From sequence record ON529851.1: a stretch of DNA of 64,000 nt; one strand, 5' to 3'. A program made the position numbers and the translations under genes. Position 1 is the stretch's first letter, and each line of letters starts with the position of its first letter. A model generated the notes under the pieces. That model made no database searches, was not told the origin of the DNA, and saw nothing but the letters and a program-made list of their open reading frames with translations. Below, piece by piece: positions 1 through 9,839 of this stretch.

Positions 1-139
1 ACACGGCGCGGATCAGTCGCGACCGCTTCAACGACGGCGTGCATCTGGCGCATACCAGCAGGATGCCCGGTCCCAACTCAGGCATGATTGACGAACGTCG
101 CACGTACCGGGACTACGTCCGCAACCCCTTCTACGCCCG

Positions 140-556
140 ATGAGCGAGATCGCCAACATCATCGTCTGCGGCGGCCGCGTCGGGCGCAACCTCACCCAGC
201 AACGGGTCTGGCGGGTCATGGACGCCTTGGCGCCCAACTGGCCGCGCCCGTTCCGCATCGTTCAGGGCGCGGCGCGCTTCGCTGACGAGTGGAGCGGCCA
301 GTGGGCGCTGGCGCGCGGTCACCCGATGCAGCCGGTGCCGATCGACCCACGCTTCGACGGCGACGACCTGGACGCGCCCTACCAGCGCAACCAGCGCATG
401 GCGGATCACTTCCCGCCCTATGCCTGCGTCGGGTTTCCCGGCGGCAACGGCACCCTCAACATGATGACCATCTGCCACGAACTCGGCGTGCCCGTCGCCG
501 ATGTCGACCTCAATCACGACGGGACGTTTGAAATCCATTGGTGGCCTCAGAAATGA
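140..556 (+). CDS. SLOG-superfamily protein (DUF2493/YspA-like)
   Basis: IIVCGGR, QGAARFAD and GFPGGNGT motifs; ATGA overlap with next gene. Confidence 0.75.
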   Translation: MSEIANIIVCGGRVGRNLTQQRVWRVMDALAPNWPRPFRIVQGAARFADEWSGQWALARGHPMQPVPIDPRFDGDDLDAPYQRNQRMADHFPPYACVGFPGGNGTLNMMTICHELGVPVADVDLNHDGTFEIHWWPQK

Positions 557-1818
557 CCGACTTCGCCTTCGTCTACGCCAAACCGCGCCAGCATCTTCTG
601 ACCGAGGACGGCGCGCTGGAACGCCACCGCCCGATCTACAAGGTCGACGCCCTGGGCAAGATGCGCGTCTGGTTCATGGAGCGCCAGGATGAGAAGCACC
701 GCGTCGTCTCCGGCTTCGACGGCGGCTCGCTGGTGGCGAACGCCTGGACCGTGTGCAAGTCCAAAGGCAAGGGCAAGGCCCAGACCACGCCGCTGCAACA
801 GTGCGCCAAGGAGGTCGAGGCCCTCTACAAGAAGGCGCTGGAGCGCGACTATTACGAGACCCATGCAGAGGCCAAGGGTCCGCCGCGCAACTACCTGCCC
901 ATGCTGGCCGAAAGCTGGAAGGACACCACCTGGGACAAGTGGGTCGCCCGACTGAAGAAGGCGGGCTCCACACCGCTGCCAGGCACGACCGGGGTCTACT
1001 TCCAGCCCAAGCTGGACGGCTACTGCTGCATTTCCTACGACAGCAAGATGCAGTCGCGCGAAGGCCTGCCGATCCTGACGGCGCCGCATGTCGTCGCCGC
1101 GCTGGAATCCTTCTACGCGATGTTCCCCGGACGGCCGCTTCACGGCGAACTCTACAACCACGACCTCAAGGAAGAGTTCGAGGCCCTGGGTTCGCTTCTG
1201 AAAAAGCAAAAGGACATCACCCAGGACCACATCGACGAGGTCGTCGCCAAGGTCCAGTTCCACGTCTATGATTATCCGGGCGCCGGCGAACACCTGCCGT
1301 TCGGCGAGCGGATCGCCGCGCTGAAACGCGATCTGATCGCGGCCGGCGTCGATCTCGACAGCGGCGTCATCCAGATCGTGGAGACGACCGAGGTCCAGGA
1401 CGAGGCGCACCTGGAGACGCTGTGCGGCCTTGCCCTGGAAGCTGGATACGAAGGCGGCATCGGCCGCCTGCACCTGATCTACGAGAAGGCCAAGCGCTCC
1501 TGGAGCGTCATCAAGATCAAGATTTTCGATGACGCCGAGTTCGAGGTGGTGATGGTGCTGGAGGGCGAAGGCAACTACGCCGGTTACGCCAAGGCGGTGG
1601 TCTGTTGGCTGCCCGGCGCGGACCAGGAGGAGGGGCCGACCAAGGACAACACCTTCAAGGCCGGGATCAAGGGTCAGAAAAACCAGCGTCTCAAGGACCT
1701 GCTGACCGAGGAGAACCGGATCGTGACGATCCGCTACTTCGGCTACACCTACGGCGGCACGGGCAAACCGCGCTTCGCCGTCGCCACCAAATGGCACGGC
1801 CTGGAACGGGTGCTGTGA
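553..1818 (+). CDS. lig: ATP-dependent DNA ligase
   Basis: QPKLDG (KxDG), HGELY, FHVYD, GYEG and KIK motifs plus C-terminal OB-like region; ATG at 553 overlaps upstream TGA. Confidence 0.93.
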   Translation: MTDFAFVYAKPRQHLLTEDGALERHRPIYKVDALGKMRVWFMERQDEKHRVVSGFDGGSLVANAWTVCKSKGKGKAQTTPLQQCAKEVEALYKKALERDYYETHAEAKGPPRNYLPMLAESWKDTTWDKWVARLKKAGSTPLPGTTGVYFQPKLDGYCCISYDSKMQSREGLPILTAPHVVAALESFYAMFPGRPLHGELYNHDLKEEFEALGSLLKKQKDITQDHIDEVVAKVQFHVYDYPGAGEHLPFGERIAALKRDLIAAGVDLDSGVIQIVETTEVQDEAHLETLCGLALEAGYEGGIGRLHLIYEKAKRSWSVIKIKIFDDAEFEVVMVLEGEGNYAGYAKAVVCWLPGADQEEGPTKDNTFKAGIKGQKNQRLKDLLTEENRIVTIRYFGYTYGGTGKPRFAVATKWHGLERVL

Positions 1819-2114
1819 TGGAAGGATTCCAGCGCGGCCTTGAACTGATCGGCACCGGCGCCGCCGGACTGTTGGTGCTGGCGTGTCTCATCTTCGGCGC
1901 CTGCTGGTGCGGAATGAAGGTCGGCGGCGTCCTGGAGCCGCTCGCCACCAGCGCGCGCGCGCGCCAGAACGCCTGGACCGCCACGAAGGCCCTGGCCCAG
2001 GTCCTGTTCTGGATCGCCGTGATCCTGGGCGCGCTGGCGGCCCTGGGCTGCCTGGTGGAACTCCTGCTCGGCGCGCCCCTGGCGGACGCCGTCAACACTC
2101 TGGCGAGGGCCTGA
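1818..2114 (+). CDS. small membrane protein (2 TM)
   Basis: two hydrophobic stretches; TGATG coupling. Confidence 0.7.
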   Translation: MEGFQRGLELIGTGAAGLLVLACLIFGACWCGMKVGGVLEPLATSARARQNAWTATKALAQVLFWIAVILGALAALGCLVELLLGAPLADAVNTLARA

Positions 2115-2115
2115 C

Positions 2116-2379
2116 ATGAAACCTGATCCCACCTTCATCGACGTCGGCATCCTCTACCTGTTCGCCCTGGGGGTCACGACGGCGCTGATCATCTTGGGCG
2201 TCGACCTGGCGCGCCGCCTCGCGACGTCCGGCTTCGACGGGGCCTGGCGACGCCTGCGCAACACTGTCCTCTACCTCACGCTGACCCTTACGGGCGCTGG
2301 CCTCGCCATCGCCGTTCTCATGACCCTCGCCTACGGCGTCGGCTGGGTCGTTCACTTCCTGGGCTGGTGGCCCTACTGA
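2116..2379 (+). CDS. small membrane protein (2 TM)
   Basis: two hydrophobic stretches; operon packing. Confidence 0.7.
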   Translation: MKPDPTFIDVGILYLFALGVTTALIILGVDLARRLATSGFDGAWRRLRNTVLYLTLTLTGAGLAIAVLMTLAYGVGWVVHFLGWWPY

Positions 2380-2660
2380 TGGCGAACCTGGAGCGCTATT
2401 TCGAGGCCGGAGCCTCCGTGCTGATGCTCCTCGTCCTGCTCGCTTGCGGGCTGGGGTTCGCGTGGCGCGTCTACACGCTCACGCGAACGCGCCAGTGGGT
2501 CCGCGTGATTCGTTCGGTCCATGACTGGGTCTCGCCCTCCTACCCCATGCTCGGCGCAATGGCGACGGTTGCGGGCCTCGCCGCCTGTTCCGTCTTGATC
2601 GGCTGGACCCTCGACCTTCTCAACCTCTGGCCTTATTGGCTGGCCCCTGTTACAAGCTGA
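2379..2660 (+). CDS. small membrane protein (2 TM)
   Basis: two hydrophobic stretches; TGATG coupling. Confidence 0.7.
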   Translation: MANLERYFEAGASVLMLLVLLACGLGFAWRVYTLTRTRQWVRVIRSVHDWVSPSYPMLGAMATVAGLAACSVLIGWTLDLLNLWPYWLAPVTS

Positions 2661-2682
2661 GCCATTAGAAGAAAGTAAGCCG

Positions 2683-3159
2683 ATGAGCACTCTGAAAGAC
2701 CTTCAAGACCTCGCCCTCCAACAGCGCAAGGCCGCCGCCCAGGGCGACGGCGGCGAACACGCCGTCTTCCTCGCCATGATCCTGTCCGACGCCGCCGGCC
2801 TCGCCAAGGCGCAGCAGCGGCCGATGACGGACGACGACGCCGAGACCGCCATCCGGTCGACCGTCAAGGCGTTCGAAAAGACCCTGGCCGGCGACGAGGC
2901 CAAGGGATTGAAGCCGGTCGAACCCGACAGCGACTACGCCCGCAAGCTGATCGCCCAGCGTGACGTGATCGCCGCCCTGGTGCCGGCGCCGCTGGAAGGG
3001 CACCTGCTCGCCATGGCGATCCGCGACGCCGCCCAGGCGACCGAGAGCGAGATCAGCCCCAAGGGCATGGGCAAGATCATGGGCTGGCTGAACGCGCAGT
3101 ACCCCGGTCGGGTTGACGGCGCAAAGGTCAAGGCGGTCCTGGCCTCTGGTGTGGCCTAA
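2683..3159 (+). CDS. GatB/YqeY domain protein
   Basis: C-terminal KGMGKIMGWLNAQYPGRVDG matches the YqeY pattern; helical 158 aa. Confidence 0.8.
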   Translation: MSTLKDLQDLALQQRKAAAQGDGGEHAVFLAMILSDAAGLAKAQQRPMTDDDAETAIRSTVKAFEKTLAGDEAKGLKPVEPDSDYARKLIAQRDVIAALVPAPLEGHLLAMAIRDAAQATESEISPKGMGKIMGWLNAQYPGRVDGAKVKAVLASGVA

Positions 3160-3186
3160 ACGCGTCGGAGCCTGTAGGCGCAATAG

Positions 3187-3220
3187 AAAAGGCCCGCTGG
3201 AGCGATCCAGCGGGCCTTTT
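3187..3220. terminator. bidirectional intrinsic terminator
   Basis: AAAAGGCCCGCTGG-AGCGAT-CCAGCGGGCCTTTT between convergent genes. Confidence 0.9.
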
Positions 3221-3222
3221 GT

Positions 3223-3474
3223 TTAGCGGCGTTTCTTGAATGACCGGGTCTTGGGCTTGAACCCCTTCACCATCGGGGCGCCGACGTGCCAGTGGTCGCC
3301 GTGCGGGCAGGGATAGGGCTCCACCGGCGTGGCGCCGGGCAGCGTCATCAGGTAGGCGGCGTGACGCTCGGCGTCGGCGCGCGAGCGAGGGACCTTTCCT
3401 CGACACTCATCCACAGGTTCGCCGGGAAGCGTCGGCGTGGGCAGATCGCGCAGCGATCGCAACAGACTACCCAC
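3223..3474 (-). CDS. small Cys/His phage protein
   Basis: C...YPCPHGDHWHVG pattern. Confidence 0.65.
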   Translation of the reverse strand: MGSLLRSLRDLPTPTLPGEPVDECRGKVPRSRADAERHAAYLMTLPGATPVEPYPCPHGDHWHVGAPMVKGFKPKTRSFKKRR

Positions 3475-3979
3475 GCGAAACCTGCCTGCCCGCCAGCGAC
3501 GCCAACTCCAGGCGCCGGTTCAGATCGACGAGGGCGCGGTCCAGGTCCTCGTAGACGGGAATGCCGTAGCGTTCGCCCATGATGTCGATGTTGCCCTTGC
3601 GCCAGAAGCCCTGGGGGCAGCAGACGATCGTCTGGCGCGGTTTCAGGGCGCAGCACAGGCCGAACTCAGCCATGGTCACCGGGCTCTGGGACCCCGGTAG
3701 GTAGTTGACCAGGACGAAGTCGGCGCGCTCGATCATGTCGAGTTCCCAGTGGGCCTGGTTGTTGAAGGCCTCGCTGTCGATGGTCTGTTCCCACGACGAA
3801 TCCCAGGCCGGGCGGCGCGGGTTGTAGATGATCTCCGCGATGGGGCCGATCACCGTCGACGCCTTCTCCTGCCAGTCCAGGCTGTCGCCCATATCGATGG
3901 TGCCGGCGAGGAAGACGGTGGCCTTCGAGGCCAGAGCGCCCTTGTAGCGAATCAGGGGCGGGAAAACGACGTTGGACAT
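3467..3979 (-). CDS. nucleoside 2-deoxyribosyltransferase-like protein
   Basis: VFLAGTID..DWQ, YNPRR, WELDMIERAD, SPVTMAEFG. Confidence 0.85.
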   Translation of the reverse strand: MSNVVFPPLIRYKGALASKATVFLAGTIDMGDSLDWQEKASTVIGPIAEIIYNPRRPAWDSSWEQTIDSEAFNNQAHWELDMIERADFVLVNYLPGSQSPVTMAEFGLCCALKPRQTIVCCPQGFWRKGNIDIMGERYGIPVYEDLDRALVDLNRRLELASLAGRQVSRG

Positions 3980-4419
3980 TAGACCTCGCGTGGCGGCTGC
4001 TGGCCCGGCAGGGGTTCCAGCGCCGTGGTGATGGCGTCGACCGCCTCCCCGACCTGAGACAGGCCCGCGTAGGGCATGCCGTGCAGGTCCATCAGCTTGG
4101 CGAGCGCGACGATGCGCTCGGTGATGATGAACTGGAGGTGGCGGGCGACGGGCGGATTCAGGTCGCGCGACTTGTTGAGGTAACGCGTGACCTGGGATTT
4201 GGAGCAGCCGATCGCCTTGGCGATGTCGGCCTGCCAGTGATCCCCGTTGAGCGTGGAGCCGATCAGCCGGAAGTCCTCCGGGCTCAGAATTGGCGGCGCG
4301 GGGGCCACGGCAGGCGCCTTAGCAGGGCGAGCGCCCGCTGCTCGCGCAGGCCGTCCAGGGGACTTGGCGGCGGCAGGCGCACGGCGGGCGGGGGGCGTAA
4401 GGGTGGGGGCGTCCGGCAT
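3979..4419 (-). CDS. HTH DNA-binding protein with Ala/Pro-rich N-terminus
   Basis: QADIAKAIGCSKSQVTRYLN helix-turn-helix. Confidence 0.7.
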   Translation of the reverse strand: MPDAPTLTPPARRAPAAAKSPGRPARAAGARPAKAPAVAPAPPILSPEDFRLIGSTLNGDHWQADIAKAIGCSKSQVTRYLNKSRDLNPPVARHLQFIITERIVALAKLMDLHGMPYAGLSQVGEAVDAITTALEPLPGQQPPREV

Positions 4420-4420
4420 G

Positions 4421-5029
4421 TCATGCAGTCTCCGGGAGGGCGCCGCCCTTGAGCAGGGCGGCGTATTCGAACAGGGTCATCGGTGCGTCAGCGGCCCGAT
4501 TGGTCCAGGCGGCGGCGGTCCCGCCCACCTGGACGGAGGCCCCCGCGCCCAGGGTTTCCGCCAGGGCGAAGGCTTGGACGCCGGCGGTGGTGGGATAGTA
4601 GCGGGTGCGGCGCATCTGGTAGCCGACGTGCTGGTCGGTGGTGCGCAGCGCGCCGCCCTTGACCAGGCTGCGCACGGCGCCCGCGACGGACCCGCACAGG
4701 TCAGCCTGCCCCGCGTCTTCCAGGCGGGCGTGAATGTCCTTGACGGTCACGCCGGGATCGTCGGCGCCCTGGACGCGCCGGGCGGACCAGGCGCCCCAGA
4801 CGGCCTTGAAGATCGGCAGGTGGCTCAAGGTGAGCCGCACGGCGGGCTGATCGACCTTGCGCAGGACGACCGCGTCGCGTTTGCCGCCCGCCGGCGCGCC
4901 GCTGAGACGGCCGCCAGGGCGGGCCTGAGCGATCGCCGTCATCTCGACCGGGCGAACGATCTTGCGGCGCGCGCGCGCGCCCACCACTTCGGCGGCGCCG
5001 TCGTCGTCGATGTCGTCAAAAGCCTGCAT
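4421..5029 (-). CDS. hypothetical protein, possible winged-helix C-terminus
   Basis: GGAG RBS before ATG 5029; phage-like codon use. Confidence 0.6.
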   Translation of the reverse strand: MQAFDDIDDDGAAEVVGARARRKIVRPVEMTAIAQARPGGRLSGAPAGGKRDAVVLRKVDQPAVRLTLSHLPIFKAVWGAWSARRVQGADDPGVTVKDIHARLEDAGQADLCGSVAGAVRSLVKGGALRTTDQHVGYQMRRTRYYPTTAGVQAFALAETLGAGASVQVGGTAAAWTNRAADAPMTLFEYAALLKGGALPETA

Positions 5030-5176
5030 ATGCACTCCGCGCCCCCGATGGGGATCAAGGGGCTTAACCATATTGGAGACGCCTGTCAACGATCTCGGTC
5101 ACAAGACGTCGAGTGTTGACTGACAGCAAAGTTATGTCATACTTGCCATCACCCCGCAACGAAGGAGTATCGCTTC

Positions 5177-5488
5177 ATGCAGATCAACACCCGAGGCGTG
5201 CTCCTGATCGGCGCTGTCGCTCTCATTGTCCTCAAACTCGCCGGCGTGATCACCTGGCCCTGGCTGGCGGTCCTTGTGCCCGCCCTCGTCTACCTGACGC
5301 CGTTCATCTGGTCGCTCGCCTGCGCCCTGGCGGCCGTCGCCGTCGGCGCGGTCTTCCTGATCGGCGTGCTGATCATGGGCCTCGGCGCCAGCCTGATCGA
5401 GGCGGCGCGGTCGCACCGCTGGAAGAAGGCGCGCCAAGCCCAGTTGAAGGCCGGCGCCGTCGAAGGCCCCTGGGACTACCCCGCCTGA
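5177..5488 (+). CDS. membrane protein
   Basis: AAGGAG RBS; long hydrophobic segments. Confidence 0.7.
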   Translation: MQINTRGVLLIGAVALIVLKLAGVITWPWLAVLVPALVYLTPFIWSLACALAAVAVGAVFLIGVLIMGLGASLIEAARSHRWKKARQAQLKAGAVEGPWDYPA

Positions 5489-5736
5489 TGGGCATGGCGA
5501 CCGCCTCCTCGGGCAGCAACACCATGCCGGACTGGGTCCATGTCTACGACACCGCCGTCATCCACGCCAACAACGCCTCCGGGTCGGACGACAAGCCCGC
5601 GCCCCGGCCGAAGCGCCGCAAGCGGGCCAAGGCCCGCCAGAAGACCGTCGAGCATCTCTACGCCGACCTGATCAAGGCGGGGATCGTGCGGATCGAGCGC
5701 AAGAAGGGTCAGCCGCCCAAAATCATCTGGCTCTGA
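5488..5736 (+). CDS. hypothetical basic protein
   Basis: TGATG coupling; followed by terminator. Confidence 0.65.
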   Translation: MGMATASSGSNTMPDWVHVYDTAVIHANNASGSDDKPAPRPKRRKRAKARQKTVEHLYADLIKAGIVRIERKKGQPPKIIWL

Positions 5737-5737
5737 T

Positions 5738-5777
5738 AGAAAAACCCCGGAGGCGTGAGCCTCCGGGGTTTCTTTTT
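5738..5777. terminator. bidirectional intrinsic terminator
   Basis: AAACCCCGGAGG/CCTCCGGGGTTT 12-bp stem with A/T tracts on both sides. Confidence 0.9.
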
Positions 5778-5937
5778 GCGGCGGGCGCAGACGTCGCGAA
5801 CGCCTGGCGGCCGCCGAGGCCTGGCTTTTTGACCGACTTTCACGGTCGGGTTGGACAAATACGCTGGCCCACCTAACCCGATGGCCCCTGTTCATGAGGC
5901 GCGGCCTTGGCCCGTCGACTGACTGTACCGCACCCCC

Positions 5938-5978
5938 ACCCTAACGGGAGACCTGCCCAACGTCAAGATTTACGTCAC
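5938..5978 (-). promoter_or_regulatory. sigma70-type promoter with upstream CGT box
   Basis: GTGACGTAAATC-TTGACG-17 nt-TAGGGT. Confidence 0.6.
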
Positions 5979-5994
5979 TCGCCCTGGAACGCCA

Positions 5995-6023
5995 AAGGCC
6001 CCGGCGACGAGCGCCGGGGCCTT
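5995..6023 (-). terminator. hairpin after primase-helicase gene
   Basis: 12-bp stem AAGGCCCCGGCG/CGCCGGGGCCTT; short U tract. Confidence 0.6.
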
Positions 6024-6070
6024 CATGATCCTGCCGTATTCCCACCCGGCAGGACCGCCCGCCAATCCCC

Positions 6071-9000
6071 TTAGGCAGCGAGGGGATCGGGCTGGGGCTG
6101 CTCTTCCAGGTACTGTTCCACCCGTTGCAGGAAGAACATCGGATCGCCCTCCTCCGACAGGCCCGAACGGACCAGATAGTCGAGGTTGTCGATCCGGAAG
6201 GCGCGGCCGTCGAGGTTGTGCATCTTCTTCTGGAACATGCGCTTCTTCTGGTCGTCGTTGTTGCCTTCGATGATGTCCATCTCCATGCCGTAGGCGTGGT
6301 TGAACAGGTCGCCGGTGAGCACCTTGTTGAAGCCGTACTTCTTGATCCACTCCTTGACGAAGGCGCGGATCGCGGTCTCGTCCATGTCGGCGATGGCGCT
6401 GGCGCGGTTGTCGAGGAAGCCTTCGATGCCGCAGGCCTGGAGCACGCCGCCCACCTTGCGCGACCAGTCCTCGAACGAGGCCCGTTTGCGCTCTTCGAAC
6501 ATCGGCTTCTCCAGATCAATCCAATACTGGATCATGGTCAGGATGTAGCCGACGATCTTGGAGCGGTTCGAGTTCAGGAAGTCGGTGAAGTCCTTGTGGC
6601 GGAAGACCCGCGTCTGGATGTCGACCGTCTTGCCGTTCAGGCGCACCCAGACGATCCGGCGCTCCATTTCCGACAGCACGATCGGGTTGTTGCCGGTGCC
6701 GATCCAGTTGAACAGGTTCGGACGGCTGATGTTGGCCGTCTTGCCCAGCATGCGCCCGCCGATTTCCTGCGCCGTGATCGACTGAAGCAGGGCGCGGTTG
6801 TTGAACTCCTTCACGTCATCGAAGAACAGGTGAGAACGAGTCTCAATAATCGCCGACAGCAGCGACTTCTGCATCTCCTCCTCGTTCTGCGTGTAGCGCA
6901 TCGGAGCGCTCTCCTGGCCGTCGAACAGCAGCATCGGCAGCTTGCCCAGCAGGGTGCCGCCGGTGCCCGGCGTCGGTTTGGAGACGAAGAAGACCGGCGT
7001 ACAGCCGTTGATCATCCGGCGCATGAAGGGCGTGATGATCATCGCCAGGGCGTTCGCCTCCGACGGATCGCGCCGCTCGGTGCCGTTCGTGTCGTAGTCC
7101 AGGAACGGGAAGTCGATCAGGACCTCCTCACGCAGGAAGGCGACCGCCTCCTCGACCTCGGCCCAGGTCGGCGACTGCGGCACCGCGACGGTGAAGTTGA
7201 TGTTCGCCATCAGGATGTTGAGGTCGGCCTTGTAGCCCGGCGTCATCACCAGATCGCCGTCGGCGGTGAACAGGGGCGTGTAGATGATTTCCGGCGACTG
7301 CGGCAGTTCATTGTAGCACTGCTGATAGACGTATTCGCCGACTTCCTTCGGGATGGCCTCACGCGTGCCGTCGCCCTTTTCGGACCGGCGCATGAAGGTC
7401 ATGCGCTTGTTCATCTCCGAACGCATCGCCGCCTCGTTGAGGACGTCAAAGGAAATGCGGCCGGTCTTGGCGTTCCGGTTCAGGCGCACGGGATCGGTCT
7501 GGACGCAGGAGAAGGTCGGCTCCTTGTCCTTCTTGTTGGTCATGGTCAGGGTGCGGAAGCAGGCGTCGAAGGCTTCGTCGAAGTTGTAGCTGCTCTCGTA
7601 CTCGAAGACCTCGCGGCCCTTCGGGTCCTTGATCGAGCCCTTTTCGTTCTTCGCGCGCGAAATCTCCGCCCGCGCCGACTTCAGCAGCTTGGTGACGTTG
7701 GGCTGCGAGAGTTTCAGCGCCTTTCTGATCTTGGCCTCGATCTGGATGCTGCGCCGCGTCGGCAGGTTGGCCTCGATCACCGCGCGCAGGCAGTCGTCGA
7801 CATCCTCTTCCGAGGAATCCTCCGTCAGCCCGTCGACCAGCTTCTCGTAGACCTCGCGCGCGTCGTCCTCGACCTTGATCTTCTCGCCTTCCGGCGACAA
7901 CCCTTCGGAGCCCTCTTCCAGGAGGGCGTTGTAGGTCGGGTCGTCGATGGTGTCGCGATCGAACCAGTCGTCCTTGAGCATCTTGCCCAGGAAGTCGAGA
8001 TTGGTCCGCTGCGAGCAGCTATCGTGCTGGCACTTGATCGTGAAGATTTCGCTGGGGCCGTCGCCGGCGTTGACCGCGAAGCAGCCCTTGTCTTCCGGGT
8101 TGCCCGGATCGGAGTGATCCTCGTCGAAGGGGCACTCGATGTCGATCTTGTGGGCGCCGTTGGTGCGGATGCGGTCGTCGGCGTGGTCCTTGATCAGGTC
8201 CACGATCTGGAAGCCGCCGGCCGCCTTGATCGACCAGCGCCCCAGGTCGCGCCCTTCCTCGGTGGTCGACTTGGACTTCGGCTTGGACTTGTCCGTCGCC
8301 TTCACCTCGTTCAGCACCAGGTCGAGCAGGGCGTCGCCAGTGGGGGCGTCGTCGGCCCCGCCCTGCGCCAGTTCCAGCGACTTCCAGTCCAGCAGGTCGC
8401 CGCCGACAATGCGGGCCTCGAACGGCCGGTTGGCGGCGTGGCGCGGGAAGTAGAACAGGCGCGAGGGGTCGACGGCCGACCGGTCGAGCGGCAGGTCGCC
8501 CAGGGCCTTCGCCAGCGCATGGCAGACCTCGCCCCACATCTTCATGCCTTCGTCGTGGGTCTTCGCCACGGCGGTGGGCACGAAGGGCTCGGTCAGGGGC
8601 AGCACGATGCGGTGCTTGGGCATCGGGATGTGGTCAAGCTGGACCATGAACCCTTCGGGATCATGGACGTCGTCGACGTATTCGACCGTCTTGATGATCG
8701 ATTCGTCCCAGCGCATGGTGGGCTCTTCACGCAGGAAGCGCTCGATCGACTGCTGGGTCACGCCCTCGGCGATGTCGTGCTTCTTGCACCACTTGGCGAT
8801 GCGGTCCTTCAGCATCTTGGTCGAGGTCTTGGCGTGGCTGTGGGTGGTGTAGCGCACCGCCAGCTTGCCCAGCTTGACCAGAGCCTCGTCGATCACGGCG
8901 CCCGAGACGCCCACGTCGATGTCGAGCCCGACGCCGTAACAGGCCTTGACGGCGGCCTTCCGGCGCTGGTTGCCGACGATCTCGGCCAGCACGAAGGCCA

Positions 9001-9727
9001 ACCCGTCCTTCTTCTTGTCCTCGCGGTGGCGCGAGAGCATATCGACGAAGGTCCACACCGTCATGGCCTTGGGCGTCCACTTGACGGATTCGCGGTTGGC
9101 GCCGATGGAGACGGTCATCTCCTGCGCGTATCGCGGGTCGTCAAGCTGGAACGGGCTCAACAGCTTGGCGTCGTTCAGCGCGCCGTGGTCTTCCTCTTCC
9201 CACGGCAGGGCGTAGCCTTCAGTCTGGACGGCCGGGGTGTCGATCAGGATTTCGGGCGCCGGCGGCGCGTCCTCGACGTAGACCTCGGCCAGTTGGGCGA
9301 AGGTGACGTAGTGTTCGGGGTCGAGGTGGACGACTTCCCAGCCGTTGGCGCCGGGGGTCGGCACGGGATCGGTCAGATAGCCCGCCATCGCATCCGCGAT
9401 GGCCGTCACCTCCGGCGTGACCTGGACCGCCGCGTCCAGGGCGTAGGCGCAGATCAGCAGGCCGTCCTTGAACAGGACCGCCGTCGGCTTGACGACGTCG
9501 TCCTGCCACTGGTCGGGCTGGGCGTTCTCGGTATAGGAGTAGAGGAACGGCACATCGCCGTTGGCGGTCACCGGGTCCAGGTAGAGCGGCTCGGCGCCGG
9601 CGGCGGCCACGGCCGCCTCCAGGGATTCGGGGGTGGTGATTTCTGCGGTGACGTCACCGTAGATCAGGCGAAACGCGTCTTCGGTTGCGCTGACCAGCGC
9701 CGACAGGAATTCGTTCAGGGCTGCCAT
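6071..9727 (-). CDS. large primase-like / P-loop replication protein
   Basis: 1218 aa; Zn-finger-like CPFDEDH...CQHDSC; C-terminal P-loop-like KPTPGTGGT and LFFDD Walker B. Confidence 0.7.
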   Translation of the reverse strand: MAALNEFLSALVSATEDAFRLIYGDVTAEITTPESLEAAVAAAGAEPLYLDPVTANGDVPFLYSYTENAQPDQWQDDVVKPTAVLFKDGLLICAYALDAAVQVTPEVTAIADAMAGYLTDPVPTPGANGWEVVHLDPEHYVTFAQLAEVYVEDAPPAPEILIDTPAVQTEGYALPWEEEDHGALNDAKLLSPFQLDDPRYAQEMTVSIGANRESVKWTPKAMTVWTFVDMLSRHREDKKKDGLAFVLAEIVGNQRRKAAVKACYGVGLDIDVGVSGAVIDEALVKLGKLAVRYTTHSHAKTSTKMLKDRIAKWCKKHDIAEGVTQQSIERFLREEPTMRWDESIIKTVEYVDDVHDPEGFMVQLDHIPMPKHRIVLPLTEPFVPTAVAKTHDEGMKMWGEVCHALAKALGDLPLDRSAVDPSRLFYFPRHAANRPFEARIVGGDLLDWKSLELAQGGADDAPTGDALLDLVLNEVKATDKSKPKSKSTTEEGRDLGRWSIKAAGGFQIVDLIKDHADDRIRTNGAHKIDIECPFDEDHSDPGNPEDKGCFAVNAGDGPSEIFTIKCQHDSCSQRTNLDFLGKMLKDDWFDRDTIDDPTYNALLEEGSEGLSPEGEKIKVEDDAREVYEKLVDGLTEDSSEEDVDDCLRAVIEANLPTRRSIQIEAKIRKALKLSQPNVTKLLKSARAEISRAKNEKGSIKDPKGREVFEYESSYNFDEAFDACFRTLTMTNKKDKEPTFSCVQTDPVRLNRNAKTGRISFDVLNEAAMRSEMNKRMTFMRRSEKGDGTREAIPKEVGEYVYQQCYNELPQSPEIIYTPLFTADGDLVMTPGYKADLNILMANINFTVAVPQSPTWAEVEEAVAFLREEVLIDFPFLDYDTNGTERRDPSEANALAMIITPFMRRMINGCTPVFFVSKPTPGTGGTLLGKLPMLLFDGQESAPMRYTQNEEEMQKSLLSAIIETRSHLFFDDVKEFNNRALLQSITAQEIGGRMLGKTANISRPNLFNWIGTGNNPIVLSEMERRIVWVRLNGKTVDIQTRVFRHKDFTDFLNSNRSKIVGYILTMIQYWIDLEKPMFEERKRASFEDWSRKVGGVLQACGIEGFLDNRASAIADMDETAIRAFVKEWIKKYGFNKVLTGDLFNHAYGMEMDIIEGNNDDQKKRMFQKKMHNLDGRAFRIDNLDYLVRSGLSEEGDPMFFLQRVEQYLEEQPQPDPLAA

Positions 9728-9839
9728 TCAAACTTCGGGGGGCGGGGGTGAGCCGAGGGTGGGGACCTCGTAATGAAGCCGCACCCTCGGTCATCCCGCC
9801 TCGAATGTCAAGATTGACGTCAGTGAATGCCGTGATTTC

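Noticed and set aside
6125-9751. Long antisense ORFs (e.g. 6125-9751, 48347-50905, 13888-15543, 43325-45190)
   Set aside because: Shadow frames of high-GC3 genes; no motifs or RBS
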